Shown piece by piece: positions 22,201-34,700 of a DNA stretch of 64,000 nt. Under the pieces are notes generated by a model that made no database searches, was not told the origin of the DNA, and saw only the letters and a list, made by a program, of their open reading frames with translations. The position numbers and the translations under genes were made by a program. The DNA is from Cyanophora paradoxa CCMP329 (taxonomy: Eukaryota > Plantae > Glaucophyta). Position 1 is the first letter of the stretch, and every line of letters starts with the position of its first letter. Where the stretch lies: the NCBI GenBank assembly GCA_004431415.1, contig QPMI01000595.1, positions 4,302-68,301 on the forward strand, given 5' to 3'.

Positions 22201-25173
22201 GTCTGCCGCCTCTTCCCGTCCGACTGGTCCGGCATGCGCGTCGTCGTGCGTCCGCGGCCATTGCTGTCTGTCGCTCTCTGCGAACGCCGCCGACGCCGAC
22301 GCGCAGGGCCGCTTCGAGGGGGAGATGGCGGGCGGCTCTCCGGCCAAGGGGAACGCGGACTGGGTGAAGAACCGGCAGTACCGCCTGTCGGTCAAGAGCA
22401 TGGGCCCCGTCAAGGCGGTGATTAGCTTGTGCCAGCCCGACGCCCGCATCCTGGGGCAGCCGAAGAAGTTCCCCCTCCCCTTCGCGTTCTTCGTCTGCAG
22501 GCTCTCGCACCCCGGTGAGCGCGTCTCGAACGTGGCGGCGCTGAACCAGGAGATGTCGTCGGGCACCTTCAAGGCCGGGCGCGAGGTCACGTGGGACGGC
22601 AAGCTGGACCCGGGCGACTACGCCATCATTCCCATGACGTTTGAGAAGGGGACGGTGGGCGACTACGCGCTGCTCATCTACGCCAAGGCCCGCGACGAGG
22701 AGATCGACATCGAGGGCGAGGACGACATCCCCCGTGACCTCGACCTCTCACGGGCGCGCGGCTCTTATCCTCCCCCCGCCTGCCGTGCACTCCCCCCCGC
22801 CCGCCGCGTCCGACGGCCTCTCGCTCGCAGGCGGGCGGCGCCTCGCAACTCGACGCGGCGCTGGGCGACATGTGCATGGCCCCCGAGCGCGAGGATCCCG
22901 AGCCCGAGGCCGAGCCCGAGGTATGCCGTCCACGGAGTTTTGTTGGAGTTTCAAGGACTGAACCTTGAATGGCACAGCATGCGGAGCTCGTCGTCCCGGT
23001 TTCCAGCGAGGATCCGTCGCTTACTGCGGAGTACAACACGGAGGAGAAGGAGGCGAAGATGGCGCGCGTCGAGCGGATCCTGCAGGACGACGACTTCGGC
23101 ATCGACGAGGGCGATGAAGAGCAGTTCGGCGCCATCAAGCCGTGGCTCGGCACCGTCCAGAACATGGTCCCGACGGGCTTCAAGGAGACCCGGGCGATGA
23201 AGGAGGCATGTGATGAGGAGCTGGAGCTCGAGTTTGTGCATGGCTACCGCGCGCACGACGCCCGCCGCAACCTCTTCTACCTCGGATCGGGCACCGGCGA
23301 CATCGAGGAGATCGTCTACCACGCCGCAGCGCTCGGCATCGTCTACTCGGGCTTCCGCGGCGAGTCGGACGACGACATGTGCAAGCGGAAGCAACGCTTC
23401 TTCACGGTGCATGACGGCACCATCATTGCGCTGGCGATGCACCCGAAGGGCCAGCTGGTGGCTACGGGCCAGGTGGGCAAGGACGGCATCATCCACGTCT
23501 GGGATGCCAAGTCGATGGCCGTCAAGGTGACCCTGAAGGGCTTCCACAAGCGCGGCGTCTGTGCGCTCGCCTTCTCCACCAACGGCACGCGCCTCGCCTC
23601 CGTTGGGCTCGACGATGACCACACTGTTGCCGTGTGGGACTGGATGAAGTCCGGCGCCAAGCCGCTCGGCAGTGACAAGGGCGACAAGAACAAGATCCTG
23701 CTGGCCGAGTTCAAGCCGGGCAGCGAGACCGAGTTTGTCACCGTCGGCGCGCAGCACATAAAGTTCTGGACGATCGACGGGAGCGGGCAGCCGTCCGGCA
23801 AGCTTGGCTCGGCCAAGGGCAAGGGCATCTCTGCCCAGAAGGCCTACCACGCCGTTGCCTGGGCCAAAGGTGCGCCTCAGTGCCTCCCCGCGGCGTCGAA
23901 TTGTGCAGCTGACGCCGTGCGGGCAGACGTGTGCGTGACAGGCACGACGGACGGCCCGCTGTACAAGTGGCAGGGCGGGTCGGCGATGGAGGCGGTCGAT
24001 GCGCACAAGGGACCCGTTTTCGCGCTGGTGAACACGCCGGATGGCGGCCTCGTCTCGGGCGGCAAGGACGGCCTCGTCAAGTTCTGGACGCCGGACCTCA
24101 AGTGCACAAACACCGTTGACGTGGGCAAGCTGCTCTCCGCCAACCCGATCGGCGCCTTCGTGGGCGGGGCGCCGGCAATCCGCGCGCTGCATGCTCGGGG
24201 CGGGACGGTGCTGGTCGGCACGCAGTCCAGCCAGATCCTCGAGATCCAGGGCAGCTCGGTCTCAGTCTTCATGGCGGCGCACGGCGCGTCGGGGACGTGG
24301 AAGGGTCAGCCGGCCAGCTACCAGGGCGAGGTCTGGGGGCTCGACGTCAAGCCGGTGGTCGGCAAGACGAAGAAGCGCTACGTGACGTGCAGCGACGACA
24401 AGACGGTCCGTGTCTGGTCGGTGCAGCTCAAGTCCTGCGTCGCGGTCGGGTTGCTCTCGGCACCTGCGAAGCGTGTAGCGTGGTCGCCGGACAAGCGGGA
24501 CCTGGTGTGCGGCCTGCTGGCGGGCGAGGTGGAAGTGCTCGATGCCGAGACGATGCAGGAGCGGGCCAAGTTCAAGTGTGCGACGCCAAACGTCGCCCCG
24601 GGAGACATCTCGGACATCAAGTTCAACCCGGACGGCTCTGTGCTCGCCGTCGCCTCCCAGGACTCGTTCATCTACCTCTTTGACGTCCCCGCGGGGTACA
24701 AGCCCAGGAGCGACGCCTTTCGCTGCCCACCCAAGGGCAAGGCCCACTCGGGCACCGTCTGGCACATCGACTTCTCGGAGGACGGGCAGACGCTGCAGGC
24801 CTCGGACAACGCCGGCGAGATACTCTTCTGTAAGTATACGTCTCCGCACTGCCCCGTGCCTTGCGACCCGCCCCGCATCCGACCCCGCTGCGCAGGGTCC
24901 GTCTCGTCAGGGATGCAGATCACGAAGGTGTCGGGCCTGCGGGACACAAAGTGGGCGACGCAGACGTGTGTGCTCGGCTGGTCCGTCCAGGGCATCTACG
25001 CCCCCGGGCTCAAGCTCCCCGACATCAACGCCGTTGATCGCGCGAACTATCGCCAGTGCCTTGCCATTGGCGACGACTTCCGCAGCGTTCAGCTAGTTCG
25101 GTACCCCTGCATCACCGAAGACTGCACGCGCCGTCGCTACAAGGGCCACAGCGAGCACGTCACCAACGTCAAG
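19300..25173 (+). CDS. Host multi-exon gene, 5' part: calpain catalytic-like domain, calpain domain III, then HELP/WD40 (EML-like) block 1; start approximate
   Basis: FTDTDFP, QG.LGDRWFL, VDDQIP, EFWAPIVEKAYAKLH, GHVYG, RNPWG..EW, DG.FWM and PGDYAIIP.TF; then LELEFVHGYR (HELP) and WD40 repeats; short GT-AG introns. Confidence 0.85.
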
Positions 25174-25207
25174 GTCCGCGGCGCCCATCGCGCCGCCGGC
25201 GCCGGCG

Positions 25208-25213
25208 CCCGCC
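25208..25213. repeat. Left target-site duplication CCCGCC
   Basis: Identical 6-mer directly flanks both element ends (25208-25213 and 53838-53843). Confidence 0.95.
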
Positions 25214-26093
25214 ACACATAGTAAAATGCGGAGTTTTAACCCTCGGCTTATCTTAATTGATTTTGTTGATATATCTCGTATATTCTATTTCAATCAATCG
25301 ATAATCTGTGTATATCTTATCGAATATTCATTTATTTCGATTATTTTGTATTCTTTTCGATATTTTATCGTAAATTTCTCTTATTTTCCGATTAGTCTTA
25401 CTGAGTTAATCGATAATCTGTATAAAATTCCGAATAATATAACTGAATCTCAATTAGATCTTGCCTCTGGTTAAAACTCCGCATTTTACTATGTGTGATT
25501 GGTCTAAAAGTTAATTGATTTAATCGATATTATATTCATGTACTTTCTCGATTAAATTTAATTAAATTTAATTCATTTAATCGGAAATATATCGCTTAAC
25601 TCGATTAAGATCCATATAAGATTCATTTGTTTAATAAAACAAATAGATCTTTTATTGAATCCAATCGTAATTATACATGAAATTGATATGTTTTTCTCAT
25701 GTTTTAATGAGTCTAAGGGGGGACCCTTAAGAATTTAATGAATAATTGGGTGTCACAGGTGTCACAGGTCCATCCCATCGAAAGGGAAAATCACTCTTTA
25801 TAGGGCTTGAGCTGGGATAGACCTGTGACACCTGTGACACATACCATATTCAGTAAGGACCTCATATATTGTTAAAATCTCAGTGTTAGTTGGTGTAGTT
25901 GATTCAAAAAATGCATTTATACTCTGATTCATTGTTATTTCCTGTGAAATTTGAGTCAACTCAACCCACTTAGTCAACCCTTGCATTGAATTCGTAACAA
26001 AATCCATATACTTTTACTACTTTTACGATTAATATGAGTCAACCTTGAGTCCACTTTAATATAAATATTATATAATAGGGGGAATCAAGGGGA
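25214..26093 (+). repeat. Left terminal inverted repeat (880 bp)
   Basis: Reverse complement of 52958-53837; only difference seen is 25506-25509. Contains an inverted copy of the terminal 28-mer at 25469-25496 and iterons at about 25749-25840. Confidence 0.97.
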
Positions 26094-26290
26094 ATGTTGA
26101 GTTTTACTGTAATGAAATCGAATAGTATTCCAATTACTTACAATAGAATTCTATCGTAAAAAATGTCCGGAATCCGGAAAATAAACATTGTAGAAAGCTA
26201 CTGTAGGAAAAGGATATATTATATCTTTTTGTAACAGTTGCTATTGTAAAACAAAAGGTAAATTACCTTGATTATCATTATAGAAACCCA

Positions 26291-26689
26291 TCAAAACGGG
26301 AATCTATCATGTTTATGTCTCTCAGTCTTCTCAAATGTGAGGAAATTCATTGTTTTATCGATCTCATCTGCAACTGCTTGTGTTTTATGCTGAGCTTCTT
26401 TACCACAACTGAATATATCAATTGCTAACATGCCTTCATTGGAATAACAATGAGCTGTGCAATGGCTTTCATCTAATAGCAGAACCAATGCAAAACCAGG
26501 AGGTGATAGTTTGCCATCAAATATCTCACAGTGTTTATGAACAATCCTAATGCCTTGTCTTAATACTGCTTGTTCAAGGGTTCCCATAATCCAATTACCT
26601 AGGAAGCTTACATGCTCATGTCCTGTTGCTATAGCTGATTTAGCTTTGTAATCAAGCATAACATGAAAGCCTCTGTATTTAGTCTCCAT
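26291..26689 (-). CDS. speD: Pyruvoyl-dependent SAM decarboxylase family proenzyme
   Basis: GFHVMLD...PPGFALVLLLDESHCTAHCY..GMLAIDIFSCG; start METKY by alignment with 12480-12881. Confidence 0.85.
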   Translation of the reverse strand: METKYRGFHVMLDYKAKSAIATGHEHVSFLGNWIMGTLEQAVLRQGIRIVHKHCEIFDGKLSPPGFALVLLLDESHCTAHCYSNEGMLAIDIFSCGKEAQHKTQAVADEIDKTMNFLTFEKTERHKHDRFPF

Positions 26690-26718
26690 TAAGAATACCT
26701 TAGAAAAATTAATTAAAC

Positions 26719-26991
26719 CTAATCGAACCGAATGCAAACATCCCTATATTCTACAGTTATTGATGAAGTAGCCCTTTTCCTATGTGCTTGACTTTTTCTT
26801 TTATTACAGTCCCTACACCCTGATCCCTTCACATGATTAAATGGATATGTAAGGATCACCTTATTACACTGCAAACATCTAACAGATACTTTCTCTTGAG
26901 CTTTGATGTAATGTGTCTCACTGTAATCGAATTTATCTTTACCATGGACTGTCATAGCAGCATCAATAAACTTTTTTGTTTTAATATCCAT
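26719..26991 (-). CDS. Small zinc-ribbon protein (DUF723-like)
   Basis: KFDYSETHY...RCLQC...NHVKGSGCRDC. Confidence 0.7.
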   Translation of the reverse strand: MDIKTKKFIDAAMTVHGKDKFDYSETHYIKAQEKVSVRCLQCNKVILTYPFNHVKGSGCRDCNKRKSQAHRKRATSSITVEYRDVCIRFD

Positions 26992-27013
26992 ACTCTATAT
27001 ATAACCAATATTC

Positions 27014-27850
27014 TTATGGAGCAGTATCCTGCCCAAAAATGGGGAAATATCGATTTGTCCCATAGTATTCAGCATAGGTATTCTGCTTTGCAATAAAATC
27101 GGTTCTCTCTGCAAACATCACACACTTGTAGATACCAAACTTGGTGGCTCTCACCAGAAACTGATAGTCTTCCAAACCGAAATTGACTCCATGATAAGCA
27201 ATACCAAAATTATCATATGGGGTGATCACAACAGCAAAATTAGGAGTTCCACCTTCAACTTGGCATACAGCATATACATCTGGTGGGATATCAACAACTA
27301 CCTTGTAGTGATCACCAATCTCAACAAGAGAGTCTACTACTGCTGTTTGTTCATTCACAACAATTGGGAATATCTTGATAATATATGGGGCATTCATGCT
27401 GGGGACATAGGTTCGAATTCTTGTGTTGGGATCAATGGGATTGGGTTGATCATTCACAAATAGAGGCGCTCCAACAGCCCCACCAACCCTAAGACCATCA
27501 CCAATATATGCTCCCCCCGATTTGCAGTTAATAGCTCCAGACCTAGATTCAAAAGAATAAGTAGACAGAGGATCTCCATAGCTATCTGGGTCTCCATAAT
27601 GAGCAGAAAAGTTTGCATTTGTGACAAGTAGCTTAGTTGTCTTAACTATTCCATTATTTTTATCACATCTGAGTTCCTGTAATCTCAGCTTGTGGGTGGA
27701 ACCAAATGTATTCATTGTAGGTTGGACCTCTGTGGATTGGAGACCTTCCACATCATCAAAGGTAGCATGCTGTAAAACATGGTTTGCTGGGGCAGCTAAT
27801 GATAGCTGTGGTGTTATAATTCGCTCTATTGGTGTGGGTGCCTCTGCCAT
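27014..27850 (-). CDS. Short fibre paralogue (homologue of 11168-11994)
   Basis: Shared N-terminal ELRCDKNNGIVKTT...SGGAYIGDG domain; beta-rich C-terminus ending AERTD. Confidence 0.7.
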   Translation of the reverse strand: MAEAPTPIERIITPQLSLAAPANHVLQHATFDDVEGLQSTEVQPTMNTFGSTHKLRLQELRCDKNNGIVKTTKLLVTNANFSAHYGDPDSYGDPLSTYSFESRSGAINCKSGGAYIGDGLRVGGAVGAPLFVNDQPNPIDPNTRIRTYVPSMNAPYIIKIFPIVVNEQTAVVDSLVEIGDHYKVVVDIPPDVYAVCQVEGGTPNFAVVITPYDNFGIAYHGVNFGLEDYQFLVRATKFGIYKCVMFAERTDFIAKQNTYAEYYGTNRYFPIFGQDTAP

Positions 27851-27873
27851 TTTACATTAAAGGGATATATCTT

Positions 27874-28719
27874 TTATGGGGTTGGGTCATCAATTACATC
27901 TGGCTCTTGGTAAAACCCTGTAACTGAAAGAGTATCAGGAGTTACACCTCTAAGAGCTGATACAGCGGCTATATCTGTTCTCAAACCGATAAGAGTTATA
28001 GTATATAACCCAATATCTGTAACAAACAAGTCAAAGGTGAAATTATTATTATAAACACAGTAGCCATAACCGAAATGATTATATCCCTGAACATTGAAAT
28101 AGTATTTATGACCTACTTGATTGTTGTTGGCTCTACAAAGGGAAAGCATTGCAGATGGAATCGCAAGACCTCTCAGTACTCTTTTGGTTCCTTCAATTAA
28201 TTCCGAGTTTTCAAGAGTAACAGTATATCCAATGTAAAATTGAATTAATGGCTGCTGTGCAACAGGAGTATATAATCGAATTCGTTGGGGGTCTTCCACA
28301 TTTTGCTCTAGAGTATCTGGGACATCATTATACGAAATGGAGGATGAGAGTTGACCTGACACTCTGCAACCTCCCCCAATAAATGCTCCTCCTGATCTCA
28401 CAGTAACAGCAGCAGTATTCTTGTCGAAATCTAGGGCTTTCAGGGCAACACTGTAAGCATCAGGACCTCCATTTGTAGGCTGGAAGAAGTTAGCATTGGT
28501 GACAAGAAGTCGAGTTGTTTTAACCACACCAGAATTCTTATCAGCTCTCAGCTCTTTTACTCGAATAATCGAATTTTTATCAAAGGAGTTACCATTGGAA
28601 TTGGGTCTCTCTGTGGATTCTAAACCACGAACCTCATCATTTACTTCATGCTGGCGAAAATGCATTGCAGGGGATCCAAGGGAATATATAGGCAGTTGAA
28701 CTCGATTATATTCACCCAT
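27874..28719 (-). CDS. Short fibre paralogue (homologue of 10290-11144)
   Basis: N-terminal half near-identical to 10290-11144; C-terminal half diverged. Confidence 0.7.
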   Translation of the reverse strand: MGEYNRVQLPIYSLGSPAMHFRQHEVNDEVRGLESTERPNSNGNSFDKNSIIRVKELRADKNSGVVKTTRLLVTNANFFQPTNGGPDAYSVALKALDFDKNTAAVTVRSGGAFIGGGCRVSGQLSSSISYNDVPDTLEQNVEDPQRIRLYTPVAQQPLIQFYIGYTVTLENSELIEGTKRVLRGLAIPSAMLSLCRANNNQVGHKYYFNVQGYNHFGYGYCVYNNNFTFDLFVTDIGLYTITLIGLRTDIAAVSALRGVTPDTLSVTGFYQEPDVIDDPTP

Positions 28720-28768
28720 TGCTTCTTTTACTAAGAAGGAAAGAAAAATAATGCGAAATATGCATTTA

Positions 28769-31700
28769 TTATGGGATTCCATATGCTGTCCAATGGATTG
28801 TGCAAGTAATACTTCGACTTTCAGATAGAGTAGGGGATGCTATGAATGTCACATAAATTGTTGTATAGGTAGATGTGGAGTTTGAGATTCCAATTCTAAA
28901 ATCTACATCCCCAGGGTTTGTTGCAGGAGTTCCTTCAAGTGTGGCAGTTACAACAGGTGTCTTAGTGTAAAAAGCAGGATCCCAATTCAAAACCTGTGCA
29001 TGCTGTGTTCTCTGACCTGCGCTTATAACACCACTTGTAGCCTGATATTTGCCTGATTTAAACCGCCTTTCCATATCATGCCATGAGGGGACTTGGCTAA
29101 TTGTGTTGGTGGTTCCTGCATTCATTGCATAAAATGCCCTTGCATAAGCATTTCCTCTGCAGAGCAAGGTTTTATCATAGAAGTTTGCTGAATTGTGGAA
29201 GAACCAAGTTTCCTCATTTGTAGGCGATGCAGGGGCTACTATTTGACCTGATCCTACATACATAGTATTATTTGCAGTGATTGTATTGGCTGTGAATGGG
29301 TCTAAACTTGGGAGATCTGTGATTTCTGATTTAGTATGAGTATGGGCGAAATCTGTAATATTTGCCTTTGTGTGAGTATGGGCAAAGTCGGTGATATCTG
29401 ATTTAGTGTGAGAGTGAGGTCCGACAGTTGTAGAAGCTGTTGGTTTCCCATAAATGTTATCCCAATGCAAGAAGCCGCTATGTGAGGATACAGTGGGGTT
29501 CTTGCTCCAACCTACAAGACCCACAAGATAAATCCTTCCTATTCGCCCTTGAACACCCACTTTACTCAGCCCTTCACAATTCACTCCGACATATTGCCTA
29601 TACTCTACACTTGGGTCACTACCAGGAGAATAAGCATTTACTCTCGAAAGTGTATAAGAATTCGTTGATGGATAAACTCCCACAACATCGAAGTATCTGC
29701 TATTATATTGACACACATAGAAGATATAGCATGTTTTCATTCCCGCAGGGACAGTCCATAACATCTTGTAGCCACTACAATCTTCATCACCAGAAGCCCA
29801 TGTGTTTGCTCCTGAGTAAGGAGATATAAATGTGAAAAATCTCCAATCGCCTGTGCGATCTGTTGAAAGACCATTTGTGGCATCAAAGTTGATGGGGGAT
29901 GTGTATGTTGGTTTATTTATCAGATCATCGTAATTTCCTGTCGTTGCAACAGTTGCAAGATTAGGTCTATCTGTGATATTTGACCAAGCATGAGTATGGG
30001 TTGCAGGAGGGAATGTTAAAGGTTTATCTGTGATATTGTTCCATGCATGACTGTGAGTTTGAAGTGCAACACCCAATTCGGTTTCATCTATATAATTTTT
30101 GCTTTGCAGGTAATCGTCTGTGACCACACCTGAAAGGGTCTCGTTGTGCAGGTTTTTAGCCGCCATTCTCTGATTGGCTTCAATAGCCCCACCTGATAGC
30201 GTTTTAATCCAAGCGATCTCAGCTTTACTGTAATTATCAGTTGGTTGCCCAACAAGTGGAATATAATTGAGTTTATCCCGAGTGAAAACTATCTTAGGTC
30301 TTGATCCATCCAAGCTGCTTACATCTGTCACATTCACATGGACAGCTGCTGAGAAGTCTTGATAACCCGCAGGATTGGAGGGAACACCGAACCCATCCTT
30401 TGGAATATCGTTTTTGTAATAGCTTGTTACATAGATATTCGGGAAAGTGTCACCCGGGTTAACATTGGCTATATCTTGCACTCGGAATTGAGGCAAGCTT
30501 CGGACAAATAGAGGTCCTGTCATTGCACTGCCCGCATCAGCCCCTTTGAGGTGAACATAATGCTCATTCAAAATAGTTCTTTCCGCAATATTGCAGGATT
30601 TATAAAGGGAAACCCCCATATTCACAGGTTCGACCTTTGAGAATTCAGGTTGGTTATTGATCTCATCCCATGTATGCTCATGGGTTGCAGGTGGGAATAT
30701 TGAAGGTCTATCTGTGATATTCGACCAAGCATGAGTGTGGTTTTGTATCCATCCCTGCACCACATTGGATGTTGTGTAGTTTGGAATGGTAGCATTTGAA
30801 CTTACTATTAAGTTTCTAATATGAACAAAGTCCGAAGAAATGCGTAGATTCTCAGGATAATAGAGAGATTGAGTTTTTGGGAAGCCATAATAATCCTGAA
30901 TATAGTATCTCACCCTTTGCTTCTCTTCAAACGTTAATGCTCTATTGAAAATGATGTATTCGGCTATATCACCTATGAAATAGTTAACACCCATCCTACT
31001 GAAAGTTGAAGGTGGAAGGTAATTTGTTCCTGTAAAGGTTCCTACATCTTGTCCTCTGATTCCAAAGGTTATGCTGTTTGAAGTTATGGTGGTGTCCCAA
31101 TAATTAGCTGAATGGGAAGCATAATTGGTGTTCACTCGTGGGGCTGTGTAACCCACTCCATTACTTGTGAATGAATACAAACCAAATGATAATGACGATC
31201 CATACCCAAACTCTATTTTATGGGTTCCATCAGGAGAACCAAAATCTAAATGAACTGTTTGCCAATTTGGTGCAGAGTAGTGACTACCTACATAGAACAG
31301 TGTCATGCCCTCTGACCAATCAACGGATACATTATAGTTAATGAATGCCGACGCAGTATATCCACCTGACTTTCTTACTACTTTTTGGTTGTTGAATGAA
31401 GGATTTGCTACGACAGCACCACTGCTCCCGAAAAATGGGAATGTTATCCCTGAAATAAACGGAACAGCTGATGTTGCCCTATTGGGGATGAACTGTGACT
31501 GAGGATTTGTATTAACAGGAAGCCCATCCATTCTCATTGTTAAAAGGCATTTCGGTGTGGTTTTGGAAGGGTCAGTGTTGGAAGTAACAGGATAGTATGG
31601 TGTGTCATAAAAGACGTCAATGTTTGTATTTTTGTCTCCAACTTGAATTTTTCCCTTGACATTCAGGTTGGACGAAATTGTAAGATTTGAGGAAATTGTT

Positions 31701-34700
31701 CCTCCTGTGAGAGGCAGGTAATCGTGAGTATGAGGAGAAGATGGGAAAGTTGCGGGTTTGTCTGTGATGTCCGCCCATAAATGTGAATGGGCAAAATCTG
31801 TGATCTGATCTTTGGTGTGAGTATGCGCAAAGTCTGTTATTTGGTCTTTTGTGTGAGTATGGGCAAAATCTGTGATCTGATCTTTGGTGTGAGTATGCGC
31901 GAAATCTGTGATCTGATCTTTTGTGTGAGTATGCGCAAAATCTGTGATCTGATCTTTTGTGTGAGTATGCGCAAAGTCTGTTATTTGGTCTTTTGTGTGA
32001 GTATGGGCAAAATCTGTGATCTGATCTTTTGTGTGAGTATGCGCAAAGTCTGTTATTTGGTCTTTTGTGTGAGTATGGGCAAAATCTGTGATCTGATCTT
32101 TGGTGTGAGTATGTGTATCATCTACATAATTTTTGCTTTCAAGGTAATCATCTGTGACTACACCTGAAAGGGTCTCATTGTGTAAGTTTTTCGCCGCCAT
32201 TCTCTGATTGACTTCTAAGGCGCCACCTGCTAATGTTTTGATCCACGCCATCTCACATTTCCCGAAATCATCTTTTGGTTGTCCTGCAAGAGGTGCGTAA
32301 TTAATTTTTGAACGGCTAAATATTATTTTGGGTCTTGATCCATCAGTTGCGCTTACATCTGTAACGTTTACTTGTAAAATGGCGTCTTTATCATCATAAC
32401 TCACAGGATCTAATGGAAGTGGTGGTAAACCTGCTGTTAATGGAATATCATCATTATAATAACTTGTCAAAAACAGACCTGGTTTGGTATCTATAACCCC
32501 CACCCCACCTGCTGAAACCATTTGAGATCTTGAAGGTTGTTTAATATATAATTCGCCATCCATTGTGGTGCCTGCTTCAATTCCTTTACGGTGTAAGTAG
32601 TATTCACTTAATTGTAATCTTTCAGGAATGGTGTCACTCTGATAGAAACTAACCCCATAAAATCCATCACCATTTACTAAATCACCTGTTGATGCAAAAC
32701 GTGGTTTTTCATCTATTTCGTTCCATGGATGTCTGTGGTTAGAGTTTGTGATCTCGGAATAATCATGAGTGTGTGTAGTTGGTGGGAAGGTTAAAGGACG
32801 ATTTGTGATATGCTCCCATAAATGAGTATGGGCAAAATCTATAATCTCTGATTTAGTGTGAGTATGATTACTATTCGTTATTTGTGAATAATCATGAGTG
32901 TGTGTAGTTGGTGGGAAGGTTAAAGGTTTATCTGTTATATGCTCCCATAAATGATTGTGTGCAAAATCTATAATTTGCGCTTTTGTGTGTGTGTGGTTTT
33001 GTATCCAACCTTGAACCACATTCGATGTAGTATAATTCGGAATAACAGCATTTGAAGAAACGATAAGATTTCGAATATGGACAAATTCAGCGGAGATTCG
33101 GAGATTATCAGGATAATAAAGCGATTGCGTTTTCGGGAAGCCATACCTATCTTGAATATAGAATCTCACTTTTTGCTTCTCCTCAAACGACAAGGCTCTG
33201 TTGAAAACGATGTATTCGGCTACATCACCTATGAAATAATCGACTCCCATTCGATTGAAAGTGGAAGGGGGAAGGTAATTTGTTCCTGTAAATGTTCCTA
33301 CATCTTGACCACGAATGCCGAAAGTTATTGCATCAGAAGTGATTGTGGTATCCCAATAATTGGCTGAATATGATCCATAATTTGTATTCACTCGTGGAAC
33401 TGGGTAACTCACCCCATTACTCGTAAATGAATACAAGCCAAATGATAAAGATGACCCATACCCAAATGCTATTTTATGGGTTCCATCAGGAGAACCAAAA
33501 TCTAAATGAATTGTTTGCCAATTTGTTGCGGAATAGTGATTACCCACATAAAAAAGTGTCATTCCTTCCGACCAATCCACAGTAACAGAGTAGTTTATAT
33601 ATGGTTGAAAAGTATATCCACCTGACTTTCTTACTACTTTTTGGTTGTTGAACGAAGGGTTTGCTACGACTGTTCCACTGCTCCCCCAAAATGGGAATGT
33701 TATCCCTGAAAGGAACGGAACAGCTGATGTTGCCCTATTTGCGATAAACTGATTATAGGGGTTGGTATTAACAGGTAACCCATCCGGTCTGATAGTTAAT
33801 AGACATTTCGGAATGGTTGTAGCAGGGTCAGTGTTGGAATTAATTGGGTAGTAGGGTGTGTCATATGTCACATTCAATAGAGTTCCATAGGTTCCTAATT
33901 CGAAGTTGCTGGATACTTTCAGACTGCCTGCAATGGTGACATTATTACTTGTATAAATGTTACTTGTGTAAAGGTTGCTTGTGTAAATATTACTATTAAC
34001 TGTCAGGTTTCCTGTGATTGTCCCACCCACCAGAGGAAGATACTTGGATAATTCGGCTGCAAGTTCATTTTTAGTTACATAATTTGCGAGCATAGCAAGG
34101 GTGACTATATTCACAAGAACAACAGCAGTAAGGTAATCCTCTGTGACTACTCTCGAAATGCTCTCATTGTGTATGTTTTTTGCTGCCATCCTCTGATTGG
34201 CTTCCAGAACCCCACCATAATCTGTTTTAATCCATGCAAGCTCTGCCCTTCCATAATTATCATTTGCAGTTCCCACTATGGGAATGTAGGAATACTTATC
34301 TCGACTGAATACTATCATTGGTCTTGATCCATCCAGACTGCTCACATCTGCAACATGAACCTGTATAGCAGAGTTGTAATTTTGGTAGGTTGCTGGGTCT
34401 GTTGGGACTCTGAATGTATCTGTGGGAATGTCAGCCTCCATGTAGCTTGACACAAAGATATTTGGTATGGTTGCTCCTGGTTCAGGTGGTGGATTATAAG
34501 AGCCTGGTAATGTCCTAATATGAAGTGGTCCTCTCATAGCTGAATTCGCAAGTGTCCCATTCACATGAACATAGTGTTCATTCAAAAAGATCCTTTCAGG
34601 GACATTGCAAGTCTGGTAAAGAGAAACCCCTAGGGTTGCCAAAGGCTCCACTTTTGCAAACTCTGGTTGGTCATTAATCTCATCCCAAATATGTTCATGT

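Noticed and set aside
19209-25096. Many long Arg/Pro/Ala-rich alternative-frame and antisense ORFs (also 53903-57536 and 60050-63998)
   Set aside because: Expected shadows in very GC-rich coding DNA; the true frames are identified by calpain, WD40 and LRR motifs.
25226-26007. ORFs in the left TIR and their mirror copies at 53044-53253 and 53577-53864
   Set aside because: Duplicated only because they lie in TIRs; they overlap hairpin and iteron DNA and have low-complexity translations.
31787-32167. Plus-strand Cys-rich repeat ORF
   Set aside because: Antisense reading of the HTHTKDQITDFA repeat.
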